A stretch of DNA of 63,774 bases, filler included, from Octopus bimaculoides (Eukaryota): NCBI RefSeq assembly GCF_001194135.2. It is 7 parts of 6 records of this genome, joined end to end, with 100 filler letters (N's around TTAATTAATTAA, not from the genome) between each part and the next. Parts side by side here need not be neighbours in the genome. Positions count along the whole stretch, not along the records: positions 33,086 to 56,503 come from NC_068990.1; positions 56,604 to 59,838 come from NW_026380802.1; positions 59,939 to 61,008 come from NC_069007.1; positions 61,109 to 62,613 come from NC_069005.1; positions 62,714 to 63,774 come from NW_026327442.1; 2 more parts are not named here. One strand, written 5' to 3'. Shown piece after piece: positions 51,574-63,135 of this stretch. Position 1 is the stretch's first letter, and every line of letters begins with the position of its first letter. The notes beneath the pieces are model-generated. The model saw only the letters and a list, made by a program, of their open reading frames with translations, did no database searches and was not told the origin of the DNA. Both the position numbers and the translations under genes were made by a program.

Positions 51574-51968
51574 TTATTATTATTATTATTATTATTCAGT
51601 AGTTTTATTTTTATAACGTGCTTTCACTTCACTACCGAGCGCAGCTCTGTGCGCCTTGGGTATGTGCTGTGGTTTGCTGTGGTGCTCTTATGTTTACTGT
51701 ATTGAAAGTGTTTTGCGTAGAATGTGTGCAGTACCCAGTAGTGCAATTTTCTGTATGTTATATATATTTGTAAGTCCTGGTGTTTTTGTTATGTATTTGT
51801 CTGAATATTTTTTTATTATACCTAAGGCACCTACTATGATAGGAATTGTTTCTGTTTTTAGATTCCACATTCGAGTTATCTCTATTTCCAGGTCTTTGTA
51901 TTTTGAAAGTTTTTCCATTTCTTTTAGAGAAACGTTGTCATCTGCTGGTATTGAAACATCAATTAGAA
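51574..51968 (-). mobile_element. R4/Dong-like element 3' end with 3' UTR and (TAA)n tail
   Basis: EKLSKYKDLEIEITRMWNLKTETIPIIVGALG...LGTAHILRKTLSIQ*; runs into a gap. Confidence 0.9.
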
Positions 51969-52834
51969 NNNNNNNNNNNNNNNNNNNNNNNNNNNNNNNN
52001 NNNNNNNNNNNNNNNNNNNNNNNNNNNNNNNNNNNNNNNNNNNNNNNNNNNNNNNNNNNNNNNNNNNNNNNNNNNNNNNNNNNNNNNNNNNNNNNNNNNN
52101 NNNNNNNNNNNNNNNNNNNNNNNNNNNNNNNNNNNNNNNNNNNNNNNNNNNNNNNNNNNNNNNNNNNNNNNNNNNNNNNNNNNNNNNNNNNNNNNNNNNN
52201 NNNNNNNNNNNNNNNNNNNNNNNNNNNNNNNNNNNNNNNNNNNNNNNNNNNNNNNNNNNNNNNNNNNNNNNNNNNNNNNNNNNNNNNNNNNNNNNNNNNN
52301 NNNNNNNNNNNNNNNNNNNNNNNNNNNNNNNNNNNNNNNNNNNNNNNNNNNNNNNNNNNNNNNNNNNNNNNNNNNNNNNNNNNNNNNNNNNNNNNNNNNN
52401 NNNNNNNNNNNNNNNNNNNNNNNNNNNNNNNNNNNNNNNNNNNNNNNNNNNNNNNNNNNNNNNNNNNNNNNNNNNNNNNNNNNNNNNNNNNNNNNNNNNN
52501 NNNNNNNNNNNNNNNNNNNNNNNNNNNNNNNNNNNNNNNNNNNNNNNNNNNNNNNNNNNNNNNNNNNNNNNNNNNNNNNNNNNNNNNNNNNNNNNNNNNN
52601 NNNNNNNNNNNNNNNNNNNNNNNNNNNNNNNNNNNNNNNNNNNNNNNNNNNNNNNNNNNNNNNNNNNNNNNNNNNNNNNNNNNNNNNNNNNNNNNNNNNN
52701 NNNNNNNNNNNNNNNNNNNNNNNNNNNNNNNNNNNNNNNNNNNNNNNNNNNNNNNNNNNNNNNNNNNNNNNNNNNNNNNNNNNNNNNNNNNNNNNNNNNN
52801 NNNNNNNNNNNNNNNNNNNNNNNNNNNNNNNNNN

Positions 52835-52874
<40 letters not shown>

Positions 52875-55410
52875 CCTGAAAGGCTCTCGCATAGTTCTTA
52901 ATTACCGGTTATTCTTTACTTGAAAGCAGGCAATAACAAATCACCGAAGGTTTCAAGTAGTGCCTTCTCCTGTGACTCAAAGAGATAATACTCTCCTTAG
53001 AATGCGAGATGTACCCAACAATGCTGTCTTCTGGATCACCTCGAGCCTGACAGCAGCTCCAATATTCTTAGTATGTTTTTCAAGGCCCTTGGAAACTGCT
53101 CCTACTGCTCCAATTACCACCGGTATCACTATTACTTTCCTCATGCCCCATAACTTCCCTATCTCGTCCCGCAGTGGCTGGTATTTCTCAATCTTTTCTG
53201 TTTCCTAACATTTCACCTTCGAATCGCCTGGCATTGTAACATCTTTTATCTTTACTTCTTTTTCATCTTTATGAATGAGCACGATATCTGGTCGTCTTGC
53301 CTCTATGACTTGGTCGCACTGCATGTTAAAGTCCCAGAGTATTTTGTAATGTTCATTTTCCATTATTCTCTCTGACTTGTGCTCATACCATTGTTTGGCT
53401 CTCTCGAGGTTTGCTTTACTGCACAACAGCCAGTGGACATATCTGACCACATTGTCGTGTTGCCTTTTGTATCCGCATAGTACACAATTGCAGCACTCAC
53501 TATCAATATGGCTTATACTTTCTCCCTACTCAGAGCACATCCTACACTGTGGCGAGTCAGTGCTTTTATCAATGTGATATTTGGAGTAGTTTGTTCTGAG
53601 AACTTGTTTTGGAGCACTGCACACTAATGCCTCAGTAAGCCCTTTTATGTTTGCTTTTTGCAGCCATTGCCAGGTTCTATTCTGATCAATCTCAACTTTA
53701 TTCTTCAAGAACTGACCGTGCACTTTCTTGTCCTGCTAAATTTTCTTCGTCTCCTCACTCTGGTCGTTCTTAAATGTGTTGGATCTACATCTTCGTAGAT
53801 CCAACACGATTTAAGGTCCCCTGCATTTTCATTGCTTTAATCATTTCTTCTTTACTCCCCTTGACATACCAAACCAGGCTATTTTCCCCTTCCCTTACAC
53901 AACCTTCACAACACACCAATCCTCGTCCTCTTTCTTTCCCTTTACATACAATCTTGACACATCGCTCTTGGGGTGTAGTTCTTTGTTCATTATCATTAAT
54001 TTACGTGTTCTCCAGTCTATCTCTTCTAATTCATGCTTCTTCCAAGATACTATTCCTGCCCCATATCTCATCAAAGCAACCGCCTACGTGCTAATTGCTC
54101 TAATCTTATAGCGGCCATTTAGCTTCGATTGGAGCACAAGCCGAGTTCTCCTCAAATGCTCTTTCCTGTACATTTCTTTCATCTTGTGTTCATTCATCTT
54201 ATCTCTTTCAATGATACCCAGGTACTTATATCCTTCCTCTCTAGCTTCCTTTATAGTTTCACCACTTTCCAGCTTGATCCCATGGTTTTTACTGATTTTC
54301 CCTCTTTTGAGAATCATTACACTACATTTCTCGATCCCAAATTCCATGCCAATATCTTTGCTAAACATCTATCTACACAGTTGCCGTCAAACTCTCAATT
54401 TCTTCCTCAATCTTAGCGAATAGCTTTAGGCCATCCATAAGCCACAGGCTTTTTACTTTCACCCTGCCTAGCATGTACCCCACACGTATCTTTCTTAAAA
54501 CGCCCGTTAGTGGCAGTATGCAGACAACAAATAGGAGAGGCGACAGATTGTCTCCTTGAGAGATTTCTCTTTTGATATTTACCTCTCCCAGCTTATCTAC
54601 CAATGCTGTAAGTTCAGTTCACCACGTTGTCATTGAATGTTGTATTAACGTCAGTTTAATGCAGTCAATAATCTACGAGTGTGGGACCATGTCATATGCT
54701 TTCTTGTAGTCCACCCATGCTATCGCCAAATTTTTGTGTCTCTTCTTGCAGTCAGCAAGGATAGTGTTATCGATTAGTAATTGATCTTTTGTTCCTCTTA
54801 TGTCTACACCCTTTTTGTTCCATTGGTGGGAGGTCGTTTTCATCTAGGTACTTATAGATGTTGTTTGATATGATGCCCGTCACCAGTTTTCACATCAGTG
54901 GCAAGCAAGTTGGAAATTTCCAACCACATTTTCTTTACTTGGCATAGTACCGTTCTTCTTTATATCATCCAGGCCGGTACTTGGATGTCACTACTCAGTA
55001 TTTCGTCCGTTTCGCAATTCTCCTGTGTAGAGCTATCAAGTTTTTAAGCCAAAAGCCCTAAACCCCATCTGGGCCAGGCGCTTTCCAGTTAGGAATTTTC
55101 CAGCACTGGTCTCTAATCATCTCCTCGGTTATTCTCAAATACTCCAGCTGATACTCTCCACTCTCCTATTTGAGTATCTTTAATCACTCTGCTTCAGTTT
55201 CGTGTTGTTTCTCCTGAGACCATATGTTTGACCAGGAACTTTTACTTTATTCAGCATCNNNNNNNNNNGCTGATACTCTCCACTCTCCTATTTGAGTATC
55301 TTTAATCACTCTGCTTCAGTTTCGTGTTGTTTCTCCTGAGACCATATGTTTGACCAGGAACTTTTACTTTATTCAGCATCCGACAGAGCTTTTTCACCTT
55401 TCGTGTTTGC
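52835..55410 (-). mobile_element. R4/Dong-like element (RT, CCHC, REL, 3' UTR, (TAA)n)
   Basis: ISQGDNLSPLLFV, DGLKLFAK, GMEFGIEKCSVM, QCRMCSE, KILWDFNMQCDQVIEARRPDIV. Confidence 0.9.
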
Positions 55411-56400
55411 GCACAAGCCACAGCATCCAGTCCTCTGTACTAGATAAGTACTTGTTCATTGCTATTGTGGAGGTCTTATAGCACAGTTCTATCTGCATCA
55501 TTCCACTTCATCCATTACTTCTGCGTTTAGGTGGTGCACGTTCTTAGATGTTAGTAGTTTTCTTGTATTCCTGTCCAGGCGTTGGAGTTCAGTAAGATTC
55601 CAGTTATTAGACTACTGGAAGTGGCAGGGTTAAATGATTCGATGCGATTTTTGGAGTTGAGTTCAGTTTTTAGTATGACTCGTAGTCTTCTGTAATACTC
55701 CTTTCGTATTTTTGCTTCAAAATAGCATGTTGTATACCATCTTCGTTTACCCGCGGATATTTACAGCTTTCTTGTGAGTCAAGCTCCTTGATGGTAGTGT
55801 TGGTATCTAATTTAAAGGAAGTTGTTTGCTTGAGCTTGCCTCTTACAAAAGTTGTTTTTGCACACTTATCAGGACCAAAATCCATCCCTATATCATTGCT
55901 GAACTTTTTAACAGTTGTTAACAGCCCTACAAACTCTTCATCATTTCTAGCAAACAGCTTCAGATCGTCCACATAAAACAGGTGATTTACTATAATATGC
56001 ATTTGAAACCATACCTGGTGTTACGCAGTTCGTTTGAGAGTGAGATCTGTGCCATGCAAAAGAGTAATGAGGAGAGGCAGTCACCTTGAAAGATGCCTCG
56101 TTTGATGTTAGATTGGCTCATCCTATTACTATGGTTTATATGCAGATGTGTATTCTACTTGGCCATGCTGCCTTCTAAGAATTTGGTGACTACAGGAGAG
56201 ATCTTGTATGTCCCAAGGGCATTGAGTAGCAAATTATGTGGGACACAATCAAATGTTTTTCTGTAGCCTCTCCATGCCATACTTATGTTCTTGTTGCTCC
56301 GGCAATTCTCTACAATCATTTGATTTATGAGTAATTCCTTTTTGCATCCATAAGAATTCCTTTTTACAACCTTTTAGAGCTTGTGGAAGGATAGAGTTCA
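55410..56400 (-). mobile_element. R4/Dong-like RT fragment of a second subfamily
   Basis: GIFQGDCLSSLLF, NHLFYVDDLKLFARND, GMDFGPDKCAK; the 5' end abuts (TAA)n. Confidence 0.9.
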
Positions 56401-56402
56401 GT

Positions 56403-56410
56403 TATTATTA

Positions 56411-56481
<71 letters not shown>

Positions 56482-56503
56482 GTCGTTGTTCAGTAGTTTT
56501 ATT
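56403..56503 (-). mobile_element. (TAA)n tail and extreme 3' end of another R4/Dong-like copy
   Basis: TTCAGTAGTTTTATT at 56489-56503 is identical to 51596-51610, next to the tail of that copy. Confidence 0.6.
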
Positions 56504-58174
56504 NNNNNNNNNNNNNNNNNNNNNNNNNNNNNNNNNNNNNNNNNNNNTTAATTAATTAANNNNNNNNNNNNNNNNNNNNNNNNNNNNNNNNNNNNNNNNN
56601 NNNTATATATAGTTATGTGTGCGTACCTGTAATCATGAGACACGTATGCATGATTGCATGTATGCCTGCAAGTTGTTTTTCTATTCGTACGTATCTATAT
56701 GCGTTTTTATGCACCAAATAATTTGCATGCTGTGTTGCATTTATTTTCCCGGCGTCTTGACTTCTCATGAAATACGTCTATTATGAAATCCCGGAAAGCT
56801 ACATCGCAAATTACACCAACTACTTATTTACTGACTGAATTCCATGGCACAAATTTATAAATAAATATATATATATNNNNNNNNNNNNNNNNNNNNNNNN
56901 NNNNNNNNNNNNNNNNNNNNNNNNNNNNNNNNNNNNNNNNNNNNNNNNNNNNNNNNNNNNNNNNNNNNNNNNNNNNNNNNNNNNNNNNNNNNNNNNNNNN
57001 NNNNNNNNNNNNNNNNNNNNNNNNNNNNNNNNNNNNNNNNNNNNNNNNNNNNNNNNNNNNNNNNNNNNNNNNNNNNNNNNNNNNNNNNNNNNNNNNNNNN
57101 NNNNNNNNNNNNNNNNNNNNNNNNNNNNNNNNNNNNNNNNNNNNNNNNNNNNNNNNNNNNNNNNNNNNNNNNNNNNNNNNNNNNNNNNNNNNNNNNNNNN
57201 NNNNNNNNNNNNNNNNNNNNNNNNNNNNNNNNNNNNNNNNNNNNNNNNNNNNNNNNNNNNNNNNNNNNNNNNNNNNNNNNNNNNNNNNNNNNNNNNNNNN
57301 NNNNNNNNNNNNNNNNNNNNNNNNNNNNNNNNNNNNNNNNNNNNNNNNNNNNNNNNNNNNNNNNNNNNNNNNNNNNNNNNNNNNNNNNNNNNNNNNNNNN
57401 NNNNNNNNNNNNNNNNNNNNNNNNNNNNNNNNNNNNNNNNNNNNNNNAGAGAGAGAGAGAGAGAGAGGGGGGAGTGTATGTAGATAGATAGATAGATTGA
57501 TAGATAGACAGACGGACGGACGGACGGACGGACGGATGGATGGATGGATGGATAGAATTATAGATAGATATATAAGTATGTATGTATGTATGTATGTATG
57601 TATGTATGCAGGTAGGTAGGTAGGTAGGTAGGTAGGTAGGTAGGTAGGTATAGATAGATTCCTTTATAATTTTTGTTACTTCTCTAGTTTCCGTCATAGC
57701 TTTATGGACAGATGGCGCATTCATTTAATGACATAAATCATCATATTAACCAAAATGTACCTTATTCCATATTCGTAATAATCGATCAATATTTACTGAA
57801 CTGTAAAGTTAAGGTTTCGTCTGAAACAATGCAACTGATGCACAAATCAGCTTACAAAACGTGGGTGATGCAGATATGTGTGCATAGAGACACACAGACA
57901 TGCCTATGCGAACACAACACAAACTTATATACATAAGTATATATACACGCATATATACACAGATGTACATGAGCCTGAAGTATACCGACAGTTCGAAAAA
58001 GAAAGCCGTTAATTTAGGCTTTCATTTGCTTACAATTCGACCTGCTCTTGAAAACAATAGACACTCATTAATTTATACTTATTTAGTAAAATACAAACAT
58101 ACACTATTAATATCTGGCACAAGACCACGTTCTCAAAGAAAAGAAGAGTCTACATATTCAAACAAATGAACCAA

Positions 58175-58380
58175 TGTACATTATTTACACTATTTACATT
58201 TGGTACATATTTGTCCTCATCTTGTTTGTTGTTAACCATGTTTCGGCTGATATACCCTCCAGCCATCATCAGGTGTCTTGGGGACAAATATCCGTCGAAT
58301 GTAAATAATGTAAATAATGTAAATAATGTACATAATTCCTCATCTCTTAAATATAGAAATGAACCAATGTCTTCACCTGT
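58175..58380. mobile_element. Foldback element, probably a Penelope-like terminal repeat
   Basis: 58175-58218 is inverted relative to 58281-58330; a hammerhead-like motif lies between the arms. Confidence 0.55.
58232..58277 (-). ncRNA. Hammerhead-like motif with intact core, damaged stem III/I
   Basis: GACAC-CTGATGA-T-GGCTG GAGGGTATAT CAGCC-GAAAC-ATGGTT: perfect 5-bp stem II. Confidence 0.6.
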
Positions 58381-59043
58381 TTAATGTTGAATTCACACAT
58401 TTTTACTTTCCATTTCATATTCTGATAACACTTTATTATAAATTTAGTGCCCAAAGTCAGATGGAACTGGTTCAAATTCTATGGCTATTTTAGGTAATCA
58501 ATCGGTTGTATCTGAGAACTATAAAATCCATGAGAAAGCTTTTCTACAATCTACATGATTACATAAAATCACAACAGAGCCTCGTGAGATACATTGGTGT
58601 ATTCGATTCACGAGCCCAGGAAACTATTAAGCTGAATCAGCTGAATCAAGCCATTATTAAAAAATGTGTGTGTGTGTGTGTGTGTATGTGTCATTACGTC
58701 GATAGTAATCATACATGCACTGGCTGAACAACACTCCTTTAGTGTTTAGTCAACGACAGAAAGTCTTTGACTAACGAATAACCGATTGATTTGTTTGAAC
58801 AGCACATTAAACAAACGATCGATTAGTTACTTGGTTAGATATGTTACAAACTGATTAAAAGTGAAGAAGTGTTATGGCGCCAGTGTGTGTGTTCAATATT
58901 ATTAGCGTAATGATCCTCCAAGACACAAGATTTTATTCAACACACGAATTCACACCAAGAATCTTGGAAACCGAATAGAGAACGAAGCATATATATAAAC
59001 ATCTCTATTTCTCTCTCTCCCTCTCTCCCCTCTCTCTCTCTCT

Positions 59044-59086
<43 letters not shown>

Positions 59087-59143
59087 NNNNNNNNNNNNNN
59101 NNNNNNNNNNNNNNNNNNNNNNNNNNNNNNNNNNNNNNNNNNN

Positions 59144-59204
<61 letters not shown>

Positions 59205-59300
59205 TATACATATTTATATATGTATATATACACATACATATATATATTATTTAGTTTGATTCGGCTCCATGTGACTATAATAATAATAATGATAATAATG

Positions 59301-59331
<31 letters not shown>

Positions 59332-59688
59332 TAATAATGATAATAATAATAATAATAATAATAATAATATATGTAGCTCTCTTATTAAATAAATGTGTGG
59401 AGTGCACTTTTCTTTCGTTTGTCCACTCTTTTACATATGTACAAATATACACATATAAATATCAGTATATATATAAGTAAATATATATCTAACTATATAT
59501 ATGTGTGTGTGTGTGTGTGTATGCACACACACACATGTATATATTTATATATTAAGATAAATTAAATTGACAGACACAATTGACAATCCAATAATTTATT
59601 TATAATATAATATTACATGATATATTATGAATATAACATAACACAATATTATATAACATAAACAATTATTTAAATAAAACATAGAAGA

Positions 59689-59838
59689 CCAACAAATTGT
59701 TTCGACTTATATACATTCTCTGATATACATAAACAATAACATTTCTTTAAACCACAACTCTAAAGTGACTTATATATAAGGGAACTGTTATTGTGTATGC
59801 ATATCAGAAAATATATATAAGTCGAAACAGTTTGTTGG
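59689..59838. repeat. Inverted repeat with about 52-bp arms, running into a gap
   Basis: CCAACAAATTGTTTCGACTTATATAC... versus ...ATATATAAGTCGAAACAGTTTGTTGG. Confidence 0.85.
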
Positions 59839-59998
59839 NNNNNNNNNNNNNNNNNNNNNNNNNNNNNNNNNNNNNNNNNNNNTTAATTAATTAANNNNNN
59901 NNNNNNNNNNNNNNNNNNNNNNNNNNNNNNNNNNNNNNAAATAATATTTATTCTACATTATATCGGTACAGTTCGATGAAACCCCCACAAACTAGCGG

Positions 59999-60045
59999 TC
60001 ATCGACTGATGACGAGCAAAGACTCAGAAACTAGTCTCTGGATGC
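59999..60045 (+). ncRNA. Minimal type I hammerhead-like motif
   Basis: CATCGA-CTGATGA-C-GAG CAAAGA CTC-A-GAAA-CTAG-TC-TCTGGATG: palindromic ACTAGT stem III, GUC triplet, interrupted stem I. Confidence 0.55.
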
Positions 60046-61126
60046 AGGCTTAGCTGGGTGGAGGTTCTTGTCTCCCCCTTGTAAACATAAGGACACAGGA
60101 AATGTGTCAAGGCCGACAGGAAGCGGTGCTGCTTCCTAGGGTTAAATAGCAGTAGTATTATTCCCTTCATAGGACTGTCACATTAAGTTGACAGCATACA
60201 ACTACTTAATATATATATATGCTAACCTTGAAGCTTAGCTTAGCTTCTGTGGGGTGGGGGCACCTTTGAGGCCTTCGGCTCCACTATCGAGCCGCTTCGC
60301 GGCTCTCTACCCTTGTGTAATGTAATGAACCCGGACACATTCATTGTATATGTATCTCCTGGTATTAATTATCTGATACCCCCCATTCCAAACTCCCCAC
60401 CCGACATATATCTGCACACCCATACCCACACACTCAATACCTATACTTCACTCGTACCCACACCTAAGTCCTATCGCCCATTAACGTGTTGTTCATTCAA
60501 CATGTAACGTGGAATCCATCTCTGTAACCGTGGGTCGGTGTATTAACCCTTGGACAGTTTTCTGTCAGCTTTGCCGATAGACATACGGCTAGTTTATATT
60601 TGACTCACAGCTTCCTTTAAGACTTAAAGCTAAGTTTTTAGCCTTGAAGCCGCCTTTCAGGCAGCATTTAGGCTAATTCTTGAAGAGGGCTTTTGGGAAT
60701 TTTATAGGGTATTCAGATAGAAAAAGTTCCAGAACTCTGGAGCTGTAGGCCCAAACACCAATATGTAACCAGAACAAGAAGATTAGTTTTCCACCTCGAC
60801 ATAAATTTCATAAACTATAAAATATAAAAATCCACACTACCACACCTGAAACGTACCTTTTATAACACTTTATCTCGATTTGTTCATATTGTTATCAGTT
60901 TATGGGGATTTTATTGTCATCAAACCACAACATATGACAATGTTAAATAGGGCAGGGCCTGCTGACGAAAAGAAATTGTGTTGCAGTGTATTTATCTGTA
61001 GTGATCCTNNNNNNNNNNNNNNNNNNNNNNNNNNNNNNNNNNNNNNNNNNNNTTAATTAATTAANNNNNNNNNNNNNNNNNNNNNNNNNNNNNNNNNNNN
61101 NNNNNNNNTATATATATATGTAGAAT

Positions 61127-61374
61127 ATATTGTATAAAGGACCGTGGGTAAAGCCAGAACAATGTAAAGTAAATGCAAGGCAAATCACAAGAAAACAAAT
61201 ATGTGAATTAATGTAGACTAATGTTGCATTCAATATTTCTTGAAAATGTGGTCATAAACCCGAAATATTGAATACAAGGTAAGTCTACATTAATTCATAT
61301 ATTTATTTTCTTGTGATTTACCTTGCATTTACTTCGCATTGTTCTGGCCTTACCCACGATCTTTTATACAATAT
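61127..61374. mobile_element. Long palindrome or hairpin MITE (248 bp; about 113-bp arms, 22-bp loop)
   Basis: ATATTGTATAAAGGACCGTGGGTAAAGCCAGAACAATG... versus ...CATTGTTCTGGCCTTACCCACGATCTTTTATACAATAT. Confidence 0.8.
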
Positions 61375-61392
61375 GTGTGCGTNNNNNNNNNN

Positions 61393-61439
<47 letters not shown>

Positions 61440-61440
<1 letters not shown>

Positions 61441-62267
61441 GCCTCTCGCCAGCAACAGTTTCTTTTCGCTCTTTGGTTATCTTTCAACTGTCTCTCCTTG
61501 CCTTTAGCTATCTACCTCCCTCGCTCCCTCCCTCCCTCTCTCTCTTCCTCATACTGTTTTCTCTGTTCTTTTCTCTCTGTCTTCTTCCGCCTTCTTTTCC
61601 TCCTCCTCCCCTATCTCACTAGTCCCCTCTTCCTCCCCTCTTTTGTTCTCTCTCCCTCTCTCTCTCTCTCTCTTCCATACATCCTTTCTTTTTCTCTCAT
61701 ACACACACCCTTTCTCTTTCTCCATTCATATAATAAATACCGTACATTTTTCATCTTTTATACATTGACATTTAGCTCTATCCGAGATCGTCTGCAANNN
61801 NNNNNNNTTTTCTCTCTCTCCCTTTCCCTCTCTCTCACCTTCTCTTTCTCTCGCTCGGATTCTCTGTATCTCTCTCTCAGACATTATCTTCGTTTACTTT
61901 TTCTCTCCCGTTCTTATCTTTCCCTTTCAAACCTTTACTTCTCTTCATCCCCCCCCCCACAGTCTCTCTGTCTCTGTCTCTCTCACTCTCTCTTTCTCTC
62001 TCGCTCTCTCTCGCTCTCTCTTTCTCTCATCCTCTTCAATTCCTCTCCCTTTCTCCCACTCACTTTCACTTGATCCACCACCTCTTTCCTTCTCTCTCTC
62101 CCTCCATCTCCTCTTATCTCTGTTTCTCTCTCTCTCCACCCACCCTATCTCTCTCTCTTTCTCTCTCTTTGAAACCATTACATCTTCCTTCACACCTTTC
62201 CTCTTTCTCTCTCTCCCCCTTCACCCCTCTAGTCTATATTCTCTACCAATACACCCTTCCCCCTCTC

Positions 62268-62307
<40 letters not shown>

Positions 62308-62310
62308 CCC
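61440..62310. repeat. Extended polypyrimidine/(CT)n tract
   Basis: Read directly from the sequence. Confidence 0.9.
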
Positions 62311-62714
62311 TCCTCTTATATTGGGACTGCTACTGTACCATTTGCAATGCATGCAGCCATCTCTTCCTTCTCCTCTCTGCCGCCCTCCTTTCGCCAAACA
62401 CACGACATTTGGTAATTCAGCAGACTCGGGGAGGGAGGGTTTGTTTTATTGTGTGACAGATGATATATGGCTTTTGGGCTTTTGGGCTGTCGGGGTGCTA
62501 AATGTATGCTTAAAGGGTAAGACAGCCGAGAGAGAAAGAGAGAGAGACACACAGAGAGAGACAGAGAGAGTGAGTGAGTTTGTTTGTGTCGTGTGTGCGT
62601 CAATGAAAGAGAGNNNNNNNNNNNNNNNNNNNNNNNNNNNNNNNNNNNNNNNNNNNNTTAATTAATTAANNNNNNNNNNNNNNNNNNNNNNNNNNNNNNN
62701 NNNNNNNNNNNNNG

Positions 62715-63135
62715 AACTCAGAACGTAAAGACAGACGAAATACCGCCAAGCATTTCGCCCGACATGCTAACGATTTTGCCAGCTCCTCGCCGCCTTACTT
62801 GTTACGTCATGACTGCGGCTGAATTGGCAGCATCGGTAGCGCTTCACACTATTTGTTGCAACTCTTTATGCTCTGAGTTCAAATCCCGGGCAAGCCAACT
62901 TTACCTTTTATCCTTTCAGTCTAAGGACAGTGGATTGGCGGAACTGTAAGAGCGTTTACCTTGATGCCATTCGGTATTTGCTCCGTCTGTTTATGGTCTG
63001 AGTTCAAATCTCGCCCTGGTCAACTTTACCTTTCACCCATTCGGGATCGATGAAAATAGTACCAATCTAAGGTGGTGGATTGATAGAACTGCAAAAACGT
63101 CAGATCGGATACTTTACGGTATGAGTTCAAATCCG
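62715..63135. mobile_element. Cluster of SINE family B heads (one on minus, about three on plus)
   Basis: Repeated GAGTTCAAAT B-box with CAACTTTACCTTT; the first copy is reversed. Confidence 0.7.

Noticed and set aside
55147-55380. Exact 112-bp direct repeat
   Set aside because: The copies sit on either side of a 10-N gap: an unmerged contig overlap.
58506-58727. 73-aa ORF with a protein-like middle
   Set aside because: No splice signals in frame, ends in (TG)n, no recognisable homology.
60955-60990. CTGACGA-AAA-GAAA motif
   Set aside because: No stem II and no valid NUH adjacent to a stem I.
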